A stretch of 62,994 bases of DNA, filler included, from Hyphochytrium catenoides (GCA_900088475.1; 12 parts of 12 records of this genome joined end to end with filler, not necessarily neighbours in it), one strand, 5' to 3'. Positions 47,791-61,305 are shown, counted from the first letter of the whole stretch. Notes: a model not told the origin generated them from the letters alone. Numbers and translations: made by a program.

Positions 47791-48250
47791 NNNNNNNNNN
47801 NNNNNNNNNNNNNNNNNNNNNNNNNNNNNNNNNNTTAATTAATTAANNNNNNNNNNNNNNNNNNNNNNNNNNNNNNNNNNNNNNNNNNNNAGGGACAGGA
47901 GGAGACCAGAGAAACCGATGGGTCTCGTTCCCTAGAAGGAGGAGAGGTAGAAACACCGAGTAAAGGGGATCCGTTAGAAAGTCAAAGAGAGAAGGAGAAA
48001 GAGAAGAAGCGAGAGCATGAAAGACTATGGCGAGGACGACAGCGCTAAATGAATTTGAGAGACAGAAGATCTTTAGGAAGGACAGACAGAAGGCTGTAGG
48101 TAAGGCAAAGAGAGAGGTGTAGATCGACAACGAAGAGGAAAAGGGCGAGGGAGAAGAGGAGTGAACAGCCAAGTCGCAGATGCTCAGACAGGAAAGAGAG
48201 AGAGAGAGAGCTATGCCAGCACGAGCCTGACGGAGTGACTCAGTGCTTAC

Positions 48251-48655
48251 TTTAAGAAGTGGCCTCGCGATGAGATGATGAGCCACTAGCTCTCCTGCTA
48301 TGGCTGTCACGCCCAGATAAAGAAAGTCTCCAAGGTAAGGCACTCTCCAGTACTCTCCCGCCAGAGAAAGCAGGACGATGGATGGCGCGATGACGACGAC
48401 AAACTTCTTGGCCGTTGTTGAAGACAACTGACGGCTGTCCAGAAGCGCAGCGACGCCGAGATGGAAGGAAGAGAGCGAGGTGAACATGATGTCCAGACAG
48501 TGCAATAGTAGCGCAGAGGAGGAGGACTGCGGTCGTGTTAAGCCACGCGGTGGCCGTCATTCGGAAGGAGAGATCATCAATTCGCGTTGAGAGAACGAGG
48601 GAAGAAAAAGAGAGAGAAGCAAGAGTGAGCGAGCGAGAGAGACAGACAGACAGAC

Positions 48656-48709
<54 letters not shown>

Positions 48710-49580
48710 AGTTGAAGGACGCAGCGGGAAGGCTAAAGGAATTCTACTCTAAGGCGGAGATGGCCGGAGGAACTGTAGATGTTAAAGGTCTTGCAACACA
48801 CTAGAACTGGAGCAGAAAGAGGACAACTGCGAGAGAGATGTAAAGAGAAGCGTAGTGGATCAGAAGCTTAAGAGACAGAGAAAGAGGGAGACAGAGAGTG
48901 AGGAGGAGAGTGAGAGAGGGTGGACCTTCTACGCTACCTTGTCATGGAAGAAGCAGTGCAACAGTAAAGCATCAGCATTCATGCAAGCAAAGAAGAAGAA
49001 AGAAGCAGCCCAACATCTAACTCTCACTGTCCCGTCAGGCCGAGTGATCCTAAAGAGAGGAAAGAGAAGGGGAGGGAGAGAGAGGGAGAGAGAGAGATAA
49101 AGGGGACAGAGAAAAAAGAGCTCAGACAATTTGTAGCCTTAAGGCAACGCAGTTCGGCCCGAAGGCGTTTGATTAGACTGGGCGTGGGCGGGCACGGCGG
49201 AGATGGAGAGAGAGAGAGTCAAACCGAGAAGGAAAGAGAGAGATAAGGAGAGGGACGGAAAGAGAATTGGGAGGAAAGAGTGGAGAGAGAAAGAAGAGCG
49301 ATGATAAGGCAGGAATGAGAGACCCAGAAAACGAAGAGAGTCTCGACCTTAAGCTCAATAAATGCCTCGCGCCGCCATGGCCGACCATCATCCCCAAGAG
49401 ACACGCGCCAGCTAACAAGGGATAAGCCATCGAAAGCTCATCTGCCAGAGCAAGAAGCGGAGCGCCACAAGCCTGGGCCGCGCTTTCTGGAAGGAAGAAG
49501 TCATAAGCGGACGGGTAGAGTCGCTGCAGCAGGGCCATCGTATCAGGAAAGAAGCTTTCAGCAATGAACTTGGTAGACAT
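48251..49580 (-). CDS. Hypothetical multi-pass membrane protein (at least 3 exons, 3' partial)
   Basis: In-phase GT-AG splicing gives MSTKF...LLGMMVGHGGARHLLSLR/ITRPDGTVRVRCWAASFFFFACMNADALLLHCFFHDK/SSSSALLLHCLDIMFTSLSSFHLGVAALLD..., with several hydrophobic helices. Confidence 0.6.
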
Positions 49581-49971
49581 CGTGACGAGCAAGAGGAGAG
49601 ATGCCAACGGGTAATGAGGCTTCTATAATCTTTCTCTGGCTGGCGGAGAGAGCTTGTTGCTACTCTGCGGATGGCTGATGATAAGAGTGAGAGCTCTGCT
49701 CGCTTTACTTGCTCTGATCAACGCACTTTTGTTTGTTACTCATATCTCAACACACATCCTTCTTCTAAGGCTGGCTTCCCTGCTTCCCTTCTTCCCCTTC
49801 TTTTCTTCTCCCTCTCTTCTCTCTCTTTCTCTCTCTCTCTCTCTGTCCTCTCTGTCTCTCTCTTTCTTCTCTTTCTGTCTCTCTGTCTCTGTCTCNNNNN
49901 NNNNNNNNNNNNNNNNNNNNNNNNNNNNNNNNNNNNNNNNNNNNNNNNNNNNCTCTCTGTCTCTCTCGCTC

Positions 49972-50005
<34 letters not shown>

Positions 50006-50639
50006 CAATCTAAAATCACTCTTCTTCACTTTCTGTGTGGTTCCTTATCTCTCTGTCTCTCTTTCTCCCTCGATCCTCTTCCAACACCTCTCTTTCTATT
50101 CCACCTCTCGTCTCGTGGTCTGTCTCCCTTCTCGTCCGCATCACGCCGTCGTGAGGAGCGGCTAACGGCCATGACTAGAGAGTCATTGTGGCTTGTGGGT
50201 CTTCTTATGGAGAGAATGATAAATAACGCTTTCCTGCTCTCTCTTCTCTCTCTCTGTGTCTCTGTCTCTCTCTCTTTCTCTCTCTCCCTTTCTCTTTTTA
50301 TCTCCCTCCTAATTTTCTCTCCATGCCTGTCCTTATTGCCTGAAAGTACATGGCTCGCGGTGCTTTCAATATGTGGGAGGAGGAGAACTAGAAGGCGGGC
50401 GATGAGTGCACCGCTTTCGGGGCAGCATCTCTTCCCCCGAATCTCAGAGACGACAACGGACCAGTGTCTCCTGAAGTGAACAGCCCTAGGCAACGCATCC
50501 TTTTTACTTTTATAGAGACTAGCGGGCAGTGTGCACCTAACGGGAGCTCAGAACGCCTTGCGTCCTTCCCTTCCGACCGATCCTTCTCCTGTTCCTCTCC
50601 CTCTATGTCTCTCTCCAACTTTAGCTGTCACGCCCTGTC

Positions 50640-50823
50640 CTAAAGGATGCCACCTAGAAAGGCTATTCCTGGCGCTACTATGTCAGGTACTCGCTGGTCT
50701 CCTACTGGTAAACCTTCAACTGTAGATAAGGTCGTGCATCCCGTAAGGACTAACATTGTACCAGTCTTGCCAGCTTTCCCAAAGAGTATGTCGGTGTCAA
50801 GCCGGTCTCCTACCATAAGAGTC

Positions 50824-50865
<42 letters not shown>

Positions 50866-52637
50866 CAGAGAGAAGGCAAACAATAATGAGTGATCGACAG
50901 ACATGACGAATGATCAAAAAGAAGAAAGAGTAGGCGGTAGGCAAAGAAAGTTGTGCAACTTGGATCGAGAAACGCAGCTCATTGGTGCTCTTAGACCTTA
51001 CACGCCTAGGAAGCAATAGAGCGGATGAAGGCTAGGTCACTACCTTTACCTCTCTGGTTCCAGCCCATAGTAGTCAATGACGCGCCTGATGAGCCACGGT
51101 GACGGCTTTCCTACAATGGCCGGAGACTGGCCGGATGACTCCTCGATACCACTCACAGTGGCTGTCATACCTGTCTCAGCAGCAATTTAGCAAGAGCAAC
51201 CAAGAATGCAGCGAGACAAAGGACAATCCGAGCCTAGTAGAGCACGACAAACAAACCGGAGAACGAGTCCGAAAGAATGCTGGCTCGATACGGAAGTATG
51301 GCGATGAGAATCCTATAAAGTACCTGGTATGCGCCTATCATGGAGCTGATCAAAGGCATCTCTACTCGTCGCGACGAAAGGAGATCCAGGAAAGAGTTGA
51401 AGACAAAGGCTGGCAAAGCCAATGGCAGAGTAGTCCACGCCAAAATCAAAGCCAGCCACCACGCCCTGGACTCTATCTTTCCTCTCATCAGAGTTCCCGA
51501 TCTCATCTCCTCTTCGCGGAGAAAAGGAGAAGTCCTCTTCCTTAATGGCTTCATAGTCGGCCTCACTGTTAATCTTTGGGGCTTGATGTTTGGTCATCAC
51601 GCTTATTCCGGCAGCTTCTAACTCGTCTTTCATGCCTTGACAGCCTATCATAAACACTGAAGAAATCCCTGCGGGTAAAGTCAACCGTTAGCTCTATTTG
51701 CACCTTTCCAACCGGCACCGGTTGTCAGCCACTAGCTCTCAACACCCTGCGAAGACGTCTCACGGCTGCAGCTAAGGAACATGAGCTCTTTCCAATGCTG
51801 AGAATCCTCCTCCTGTTTCTCCGGGAGTCCTCCCTTGCCACACTCCTCTCAACCTTGTCTCGCGCCGAATCTCTTCCTCCAACTCTCGGTCTCTGTCTTT
51901 CTTTTTCAGGGCCGTCGCTCCTTTGGCCTTTGTTTCTCTTCTTCCAAAGACACCTACCTGGATGTTCTACCTTCAGATACTGCGCCGCAGCGAAGGAGGC
52001 AGGCCAGATGTCCTCCTCCTTGACTGGAAGAGAGAGACTGTGAAACTTCTTTGCACATTCTTTCCTGCTCCTCGTGGAGTTATTTGTGACAAAGATCACT
52101 CTCTTTCCCTTCTGTCGTAGGTTCTCAATAGCTTGCTCTACGCAGCAGACAAGCAAGCGTCAAAGTTAGCACGGTAGCAAAGAACCTTATTGGCTCTTGA
52201 CATAGAGGAGCAACAGATGAAGAACTCTCGTGCTAAGAGAGAGAAAGAGTTCGGTAAGATAAAATGGGCAAAAGACAGAGAGAGAGAGGAAACAAATGAA
52301 GACAGATCCATGGCAGAGGCGAAAGAAGGGGATCTGAAGAGCTTCTAGGGATGTGATGTCGAGCAGAGAGAGAGAGAGAAAAAGCCGCGAGTGACAGAGA
52401 GAGAGAGAGAGACAAATAGAGACAAATCCACGACACGGAGAGACGAAAGATAGCATTTTGAAGATGTCCTAATGACGTACTCGCTCCAGGCAGAAGAGCG
52501 CCGCCTGCCCATATGACGCCATCGCAGTCGAAGATAAAGGAGTCGTACTGCTGGAGAAGGACCTCTCCATAGTCTGGACCCCATCGGGCATCTACGCGCT
52601 GCAACCGCTGGTCAGACCGCTGAGATACTTCCCCCAT
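50640..52637 (-). CDS. HAD-IIA phosphatase (phosphoglycolate / p-nitrophenyl / pyridoxal phosphatase family), ~5 exons
   Basis: FIFDCDGVIW (motif I), IFVTNNS (motif II), VGKPS (motif III), MVGDRLDTDILFG (motif IV) and LVLTG. Confidence 0.93.
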
Positions 52638-53963
52638 TATGAACCCAGAAGTAAAAGAAAGAAGAGGTTATCCAGAAGAAGAGAAGGAAGAGAGCGTGGC
52701 AAAGAGCTGAAAATGGAAGAGGCAGAGAGAGAGAGAAAAAGAGAGAGGCTCAGCAGATGACTGAGAAGAATGTGCTGGCGATCAGTCGCTAAATGGATAA
52801 TGGGGGAGTCTCTCAGCAGCCAGAGCAACGAGGAAGATGCACCAGATGAAAGACAGCGAGGAAGCGACAGGGAGAAGCCATAAGAAGAGGACAAGCTGCG
52901 TGGGGATCAGGAAGAGGAAAAGACAGAGTAAGGGAGAAGAGAAAGAGTGCGGAGGGAGGGAGTAAGAAGGGAGAGAGATAAGGATCAGGAGGATGAAAAG
53001 TGATGATTGATGATGGAAACTGCACAGCTCCCTTAGGTCGTTTCAACGGAAAGAGAAGAGAGACAGTCTGAGGGAAGAGAGACAGACTGGGGGAAGAGAG
53101 CAGCCCGAGAAAGAGGGAGGGAGAGAGAGAGAGAGACAGAGCGAGCGTGGAGAGAGAGAGCAGCTGAGATGCAAGAGAGGAGGAAGGGGAGAGACACTCT
53201 AAAAGTGATAAGGCGGAGTGGAATGATGGGGGAAGTGAGGGGGGAAGGATGAGGGGAAGATAGGTAGAGAGGGAAGTAGGGAGAGGGAGGATAGGCAGAG
53301 GGTAAAGGGAAGGGCAAGGGCAGAGAAGAGACAGAGGTGGGCGAGCGCAATGAGAGAGAGAGAAAGAGAGCGAGCAACCAGAGGAGACAAAAGACTGCAG
53401 AGAGAGACAGAGAGTGCGAGAGAGAGTGCGAGTAACAGAGCGAGAGACAAAGAGCGGGGGAGAGAGAGAGAGACAGAGAGAGATAGAGGGAGGGGGAGAG
53501 AGGGAGAAAGAGAGAGAGAGAGAGAGGTTTGCAGTTACTACAGATGACGTTCATGGGTCACATAAGGGGTAACCCGGATATATTTTAAACTTACGTTGGG
53601 GAATGCCAGCTTCAAGTGGCGACCAATATGCCAATGGGCGGTTCTGGGTCTAGCTATATATATAAATGACAACTGAGACCCAGGTTTACAGCTAGGGAAT
53701 CTCTTGTCGATTGGAGTAAAAGTTTCCTTTCGTCTGTAGAACCCCGTGTGTCGCTTGAGATGCGTCTCTCTCTCTCTCTCTCTCTCTCTNNNNNNNNNNN
53801 NNNNNNNNNNNNNNNNNNNNNNNNNNNNNNNNNTTAATTAATTAANNNNNNNNNNNNNNNNNNNNNNNNNNNNNNNNNNNNNNNNNNNNATCTTTCTCTC
53901 TCTATCTACGTGTCTCTTTCTAACTTTCTCTTTTCAGCTCTTCGACTTCCGTCTCTTGCACAC

Positions 53964-54033
53964 CTTCAGCTTTGGAAATGTGTCAAACTTCCTGTCAGAG
54001 AGCCGCTCGCGGAACGCTTCCTGGACACGGCGT

Positions 54034-54081
<48 letters not shown>

Positions 54082-54512
54082 AAATATACACACATAATAG
54101 AAAAAGGGAGCAATGGCTATGGACTAGTCTAACTTGGGAAGGAAAGAGCCATTTCTAAGGTCACCCTCCGGCATGTCTCTCTCCTTTTGATGCATCTCTC
54201 TCAGTGTCTCTCTCTCTCTTTACCGCTGCCTCTCACTCTCTCTCTCTTTTTCATCTTTTTCATCGTCCTTCTCACCAGATCAGGAAAGTCTCCCGGTGGG
54301 AGGTTGTACATCCTCTGCACGGTGCGGAAGACAGTGGGAAGATTGTTGATAAGTTCTCTCTGTTTCTTCTCTCTCCCCATCACCATCGGCATCTGCTCCT
54401 TCAGGTAGCCGATCAGACAGGCGTGCACCTTGGCCAGACGGACGCGCTTCACTAACTCGTTGATCTGTATGGGCAGGTTCAAGCGAGAGAAAGAGTTAAG
54501 GTTTGGATGCAG

Positions 54513-54546
<34 letters not shown>

Positions 54547-54684
54547 GGTGGAGATGATTTGAGAAGAGAGAGAGAGAGAGAGAGAGAGAAAGGTTTGTGG
54601 CGGGGGGAAGGACGGTGAGCGATGGTGGAGGAGATTGAAAGAGACGGGAGGGAAGGAGCGAATTGAGAGAGAGTGATTGCAAGA

Positions 54685-54716
<32 letters not shown>

Positions 54717-54958
54717 AGAAAAACGTATGGAAGAGGGGGAAAAAGAGTTACAGAAGCAGATGTCCACCTGTCTAATCGCGCGGTTCTTAGGGAGCGAGGT
54801 AAGGTCCTTCATCAGGTCTGCCTCTTCCTTCTCAAAGAGACTCTGGCAGTCCGTAAACAGCATCGGCTGAACATCGATAGAGGGAGCGTTAGGCACACAG
54901 AGAGACAGAGTCATCGCGCCCGAGAGAGAGAGCTCTGGGGAGTGAGAGAGAGCACTGA

Positions 54959-54995
<37 letters not shown>

Positions 54996-55475
54996 GAGAG
55001 ATGAGGTTGAGTGCCAGAGGAGGAGAGAGATGAGTAATGACGGAAAGGGTAGGAGAGAAAGGAGAAGGTGGAGATGGACCAGAAGAGAGAGAGAGCTAGA
55101 AATGGAGAGAGAAAGAGAGAGAGAGAGAGGGGAGAAAAAGAGAGAAAGGATTAGAGAGGGAGAAGGAGAGCGGTATGGTGTGGAGTGCGCAGACCTCGCT
55201 CCAGAAAGAGCCAAGATAGACTCGAGCCACTTCGGGAGTGTTGATCACCTTCCCAATCGACCACATGAGCGCTCCATACCTGGTGAGGACACAAGGAATA
55301 CAGGGAGAGAGAGAGTCCGAGAAGAGAGAGCCAGTGACAAAAGAGAGTCAGAGCGAGAGAGAGATCCAAAGCGGGAGCAAAAGAAAAAAGAGGGGAGGGG
55401 GGAGGGAAAGGCGCGGAGAGCAAGAGAGAAAAAAGAGATGGAGACCGGAAGCGAGCGTAAGAGAGAGAGCGTAAG

Positions 55476-55510
<35 letters not shown>

Positions 55511-56238
55511 TAGCGGAAGCGCTATCAGCCTAAAAGAGAGGATGAAGACACGGATGACAGCCTCAGACATCTTTCTCTCTGCTGGTCTATCTCACACTCT
55601 CATCAGCTTCTGCTCGTCCACCTGATCCGCCTTGTTGAGGATACAGCGAACTTTGTCATCATTGCCTGAGAGCGAGGTCAGGGTNNNNNNNNNNNNNNNN
55701 NNNNNNNNNNNNNNNNNNNNNNNNNNNNNNNNNNNNNNNNNNNNNNNNNNNNNNNNNNNNNNNNNNNNNNNNNNNNNNNNNNNNNNNNNNNNNNNNNNNA
55801 GTATCGTCATTCGTGTCTCTCTCTTCTCAAAGAATAATCTCTCTCTCTCTCTTTACCTTTGTTGCCCCGTTTTGCTCTCTCTCCCTCTCATGCTTTCTTC
55901 TTCCTCTCCCTCTCCGTTTCTCTCTCTTCTCTCTCGTCTCTCTTCCTACCCTTCAGTGCCTCAATGGTCCTCTTGAACTCGTCTGAGATGTCCAGCTTGT
56001 GCGCGTCAAAGAGGAGAAGAATCAGATCCGCGCGGTCAGCAAACCACTTCGTCACCTCTGTGAAGTCATAACCTGAGAGAGGAAAGAGAGCGTTAAGGAG
56101 AATCTTACTGTTTGTCTTTCTTTTCATCTCTCTCAGGAATTCTCCTTTCTGGATTCTCTCTCTCCTTCTCCCTCTCCCCCTCTCTCTCTCCCTCTCCCTC
56201 TCGCTCTCCCTCCCTCTCTCTCTCCCCCTCTCTCTGTC

Positions 56239-56290
<52 letters not shown>

Positions 56291-56672
56291 TCTTGTTCTG
56301 TTCTAGCTTTCTTTCTTCGTCTCTCCCTTGCTCTAATATTCCTGTCTCTTTGCTCCAGCTTTTTCCCTCGGATAATGCCCCTTTTCGGATCTCTCTCTCT
56401 CCCTTTCTCTCTCTCTCTTTCTTCTCTCCCTCTGCGGACCTAATTACCTCTCACTTGGTTGACACTGTCTCGCTTTCTCTTCTCATCTCTCTTCTCTCTC
56501 TCCCTGACTGCTTTTTCTTCTTTGATTTCTCTTTCCTTACCTCTGGCGACTCTCTGTTTCTCTCCTGCGAGGATGCCCGGCGTGTCCACAATGGTGAGAT
56601 TCTTCAGCACTGGATTGGGCACCTGAGACGCCTCAAACTTGTTCAGAAAAGAAGTTCCGAACCTGCAGTCGC

Positions 56673-56712
<40 letters not shown>

Positions 56713-57014
56713 GGAGAAAGAAAGAGAGGGAGAGAGAAAGAGAGGGAGAGAGAAAGAGAGGGAGAGAGTTTTACGTTATTGAGAAGGAAGAGGCCGAGAA
56801 TGTAAGAGGCGGTTAGGATAGAGAAGGGAAAGAAAGACAAAGTGAGAGAAAGAAAGAGGGAGAAAAAGGAAAAGTGAAGTGCAAAAGAGAAATAAAAAAC
56901 GTGACTGTCGCCAAGACGGGAGGAGAAGAGAGACGTAGGGAAAGCGAGAGAGAGAGAGAGAAAAACAAACAAGAGCGAGAGCGGAGGAGAGTAGAAAGAA
57001 GTTGAACGCGCGCC

Positions 57015-57045
<31 letters not shown>

Positions 57046-57273
57046 GAGCAAAGAAAGAGAGAGAGCGTCTTACATCTGCAGGCCATGGAAAGGCGAGTCA
57101 TTTGAGATGGCGAGCGCATTGCCTGGGATCTGTCTCTCTGTCCCGCCGGACATCACGGCGACGAATCTGTCAGTGGTGGGCTCAGGGCCGATGCGGGAGC
57201 CGGGATAGTCCTGCTGGAGAATATATTTGATGAAAGAAGTCTTCCCTACCGAGTACTGGCCCAACATGAGCAC
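53964..57273 (-). CDS. EHD1: EH-domain-containing protein EHD1-like (dynamin-type ATPase), internal exons only
   Basis: LGQYSVGKTSFI, IGPEPTTDRF, IPGNAL, VDTPGILAGEKQR, GYDF, LLFDAHKLDISDEF, LNKADQV, YGALMWS, TPEVARVYLGSFW, INELVKRVRLAKVHA and LPPGDFP, split by CT-microsatellite introns. Confidence 0.96.
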
Positions 57274-57386
57274 CTGGAGGAGGGGGAGAGAGAGAGAGAG
57301 ACAGAGAAGGGAGAGAGAGAGGAGAGGGAGAGAGAGAGAGAAGTGAGAAAGAAAGTGTGGTGAGAGAGAGAGAAAGCGAGGATCAT

Positions 57387-57418
<32 letters not shown>

Positions 57419-59417
57419 GAAGTGAGAAAGAAAGTCTGGTGAGAGAGAGAGCAAGCGAGAATCATGAGAGAGTGAAGAGACAACAACAAGAGAGCGAGGG
57501 AGAAAGAGAGACGGCGAGCGATGGAAAGGAGGCACAAGAAGGGGAAGGAAGGAACGTTTAGAAAGGAGAGGATTGACGGAGAGAGAGAAGGGTAGAGAAA
57601 TATAGGAAGAGAGACAAAGGGAGGGAGGAAGGGGAAACAGAGCAAAGAGAGTCCGAAGCAGGAACACCAAGCTTCGCACCACATATTGCAACGAGACAGA
57701 GAGAGCGAGAGAGAGAGAGCGAGAGCGGAGGGAGAGGAAGGTCGGAGACACGAACATATTCAGGAGGAGGAAAGAGAAAAAGAACGAAAAAGAGAGAGAA
57801 AGAGAGAGTGAGTGTGTAAGTTGTGTGGGGAGAGAGAGAGANNNNNNNNNNNNNNNNNNNNNNNNNNNNNNNNNNNNNNNNNNNNTTAATTAATTAANNN
57901 NNNNNNNNNNNNNNNNNNNNNNNNNNNNNNNNNNNNNNNNNGAAGGCGTACCAGGTGCTCAAGGAGCTGCATCGTGATTTTATTCTGCATGATGGATCGC
58001 CGCAATTGCTATGGGTTATCAACACCCACAAGTGGCATACACGCTCCTTTTCCCTTAGTACACCTAGACCCGAGAACTGCACACGAAGAGTGGGAGTCCT
58101 TGTCAGAGCTTCAATGGGGCTGCTTACGAAGATCACGGCGCCTGGAAGTGCAGATGAAGATCAACTGGGCCCTGAAGTTTCCTGCGTCTCATGGCGCGAA
58201 CCAGCGTTCAAGCGACGGCGCGAAAAGCAGTTCCCAAGCAACACATTCGGCATCCAGCCTCGACATTCCGAATCAGGACGATTTGGACTTACGTATACTG
58301 TACCATGCTGCCGTACATTGAGAATAGAAGGGCTGGGATTAGTAATTCTAATGTTCAAACCCACGGTTATCACACAAGAGTGATCTGCTCAGACTGACAG
58401 TTTGATAACTGAATCGTGCAGTGGTTGAGGTTATGATGAGAAGAAAAATGTGGGTTTTGGAAGGGTGAAGACTCTGATGAATTCTGAAGACACTTTCTTG
58501 GCTGTTCCAAGGTCTTTTTCTGAAGCTTTCATCGGGGAGGCACGGGCTGAGTTAATGACCAGACCACTGGCGGCTGTTCTGGAGCTTGCAGCACAGTCCA
58601 GAGGGCCGTGAAGTCTGTCCGGGGCCAACATAAGGCTGCGTCAAAGCTGGCTCTTTAGCGTACAGCCTTCATTAGAGAGATCAGCCGCTGACGACGGTGA
58701 GGGTGCCCCGCTGTGCGCTATTCTAGACTTCGCGATGAGCTTTAGGGATTGAGGGATAGGTCATCTTGACGCTTGAGAAACTTCAGAACGCTTTTGTTCT
58801 GCTTACTGGGACGCTTGAGATTGTGAATGACCTACTTTTGAGGCTGAAGGACTACTATAGCCGCCAGTTCTACATGGCTTCAGCTCCTGGTGTTGGCAGT
58901 GGTGGGTTAGACCCAACGACGGCCAAGGATGACGCTTATGCTGCCGAGTCCTCTACGCGAAGGGGCATGAAACGGAAGCTTAGAGAAGCTTCAGATTATG
59001 ACTCGGCGCCTTGGCTGAATGAGGAGTTGCAAAGTCTCCAGAATAGCCCTCAGACATCTGCTGAAAGCCCGGCGATGAGTCCAGGAGGATCAGCTGCATT
59101 NNNNNNNNNNNNNNNNNNNNNNNNNNNNNNNNNNNNNNNNNNNNTTAATTAATTAANNNNNNNNNNNNNNNNNNNNNNNNNNNNNNNNNNNNNNNNNNNN
59201 TTTCGGAGCTTTCAAAGAGTGACAGGGGGTAAATCGGCATCGCTGAGCTCATTGGTGCCATTATTTTCGTCTGAAACCGCTTCGTTTTGGAGATATCGTC
59301 CCATTTATCAAGGCAAGAAGAGCACCAATCCTACGGACACAAAGTCTACTATTGTCCATTTCTCTTTCCATTCTCATCATCAAGACCTATTTCGAGCCCC
59401 CCAGAATCATCAACATA

Positions 59418-60260
59418 ATGAGCTCTTTCCTGATTACGATATCGAAGCTACAAGGGATGGAGGACTACCCTGTTTGGCGATTGAAAATTGAGGCTTATCT
59501 CGATGAACTGAATCTCCTTCATCATGTTGACGGGAGCCAAGGATCTCCTGATATCTCCTCAAAGAACAAGTCCATGTCTACGTCAAGGGCTACGATGCAG
59601 TCTTCTTGGCTAAAGAATGACAAAAGGGCGTTCAACAAGATTGTTTTGGCAGTGGCTGATAACATTATTCCACTTCTACCTCGTAGAGGAACTGCGAGAG
59701 AAGCTTGGCTCAAACTGGAAGAATCTTTTGAGAGCAGAAGCCCAAACAAGATTGTGGCTACTCTTACATCCTTCTTATCGGCAAAGGCAGATGAAGAACA
59801 AGACATTAGCCTATTCCTGTGCGAGCAGAGAAGGAAGTTGATTTACTTCGAGAAATGATGGAGAAGAAAGATTTCTACGACAACCTCTATAAAGCTGCAG
59901 TACTCATGGCCCTTCCACCCTCATATGAAGGTATTGCTCAGGCCATCCAAGTACGTGGAACGGGGGAACTATGTGCAAGTGCCATAGATGAAATTGTTAT
60001 CGGAGAACAACACCGAAGACGTGCTATGCGGACTACCAACAAGAATTATGATGAAGAAGAAGGCTTTGCAGCATATACTTTACATCAACAAACGATGGAG
60101 GAACCTCATCATCACCGTCATCACGAGACCAAGAACAAGGGTCATCCAGGTTCATCATCATCATCACACATTAAAGTTCGCGACCAATGGCCGGAGTGCC
60201 CATTTGCGGAAGTCGCAGCCATCCTTCGGAGAAATGCTGGGAACTCGAGCAGAACGCTCA
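59418..60260 (+). mobile_element. Ty1/Copia gag pseudogene (truncated by the contig end)
   Basis: KLQGMEDYPVWRLKIEAYL...WLKNDKRAFNKIVLAV...TAREAWLKLEESF...LMALPPSYE is a Copia gag pattern. There is a frameshift near 59855 and a frameshifted zinc knuckle CPF(C)GSRSHPSEKCW (CX2CX4HX4C). Confidence 0.88.
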
Positions 60261-60711
60261 TCACAGACCCTCTTTCTGGAAATCACGCTCTAAGACGAAA
60301 CTGTCAAAATCTTTGNNNNNNNNNNNNNNNNNNNNNNNNNNNNNNNNNNNNNNNNNNNNTTAATTAATTAANNNNNNNNNNNNNNNNNNNNNNNNNNNNN
60401 NNNNNNNNNNNNNNNGGTCCAAACATTTGCACAGTTCTGACACAGGAACGAGTTAGACCGGAGAGCAGGTTATCCCGGGTGTATGGTTGGATGGGCGGAA
60501 GTGAGGATGGAAGGGAGATAAGACGAGTAAAGCGCCAAGGGAGGAGGTGACCACCAGAGTAGAAAACGACGGACGGGACCAGGCAAGGCACAAAGAAGAG
60601 AAGAAAGTCATCCATAGGGACTTGCAATGTGCGTGCGTCTCTCTCTTTCTCTCTCTCTCTCTTCTCTCTCTTTTTCCTTTCTTCCTTTCGGCTCTCTCTC
60701 TGCCTTGTCTG

Positions 60712-61305
60712 TCAATTTACTCTCATTTGCGTACTCTTAAGATACTTGGCGAGCCTCTTTTTATCCTGTCTGGCGTCCCGGAGTTCGGACTTCAAGGCTG
60801 CCCAGGATGAAGGTTCCTTGGGGTCTCGTAGCACAAGCTGGTACTGAGTCCAGTCAGGCTCTGCTTTGCCGGCCCTGAGAGTCTCTTTCAGCTCTCCATT
60901 CTCCGCTTCCAGAAAACTGAGTTCGCCCTCCAGAGCGCGGATTTTCTCGTCTTTCCCTATGAGAAGAGGTTCAGTTTCAGCGCGAAGTAAGAAAGATAGG
61001 GTGGTTCTGCCGCCAATCCTTGGTAAAGAGGTGGGAGTTGTAGGACGAGAGGATGGAAGGGCATGGAAATGGATGTAAGGCATAGATCAAGGTGGGGGGA
61101 GGAGGGGCGGGGGTGAAGGAGGTAGGGAGAGAGAGAGAAAGAGAACCTTCCATGGCTTCCTCCAGTCTCATCTTTTCCATCTGACGTTGTGTCAGCTGCT
61201 TTCCCAGGGCAGTAACTCGAAATTTCTGCTCTTCAAGGTCCCGTTCTCTGGATTTGAAGACGCGGGACAAATCAGCCCACTGTCTCACTCCGGAGTGGAA
61301 CTCTA
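60712..61305 (-). CDS. Hypothetical coiled-coil protein, 3' exons
   Basis: Two heptad-rich segments (RERDLEEQKFRVTALGKQL; KIRALEGELSFLEAENGELKETL) separated by a CT-rich GT-AG intron. Confidence 0.5.

Noticed and set aside
30276-57841. Endosomal/Ca2+ gene cluster (C2, EF-hand, EHD1) as a system
   Set aside because: The genes sit on different contigs joined artificially, so adjacency is meaningless.
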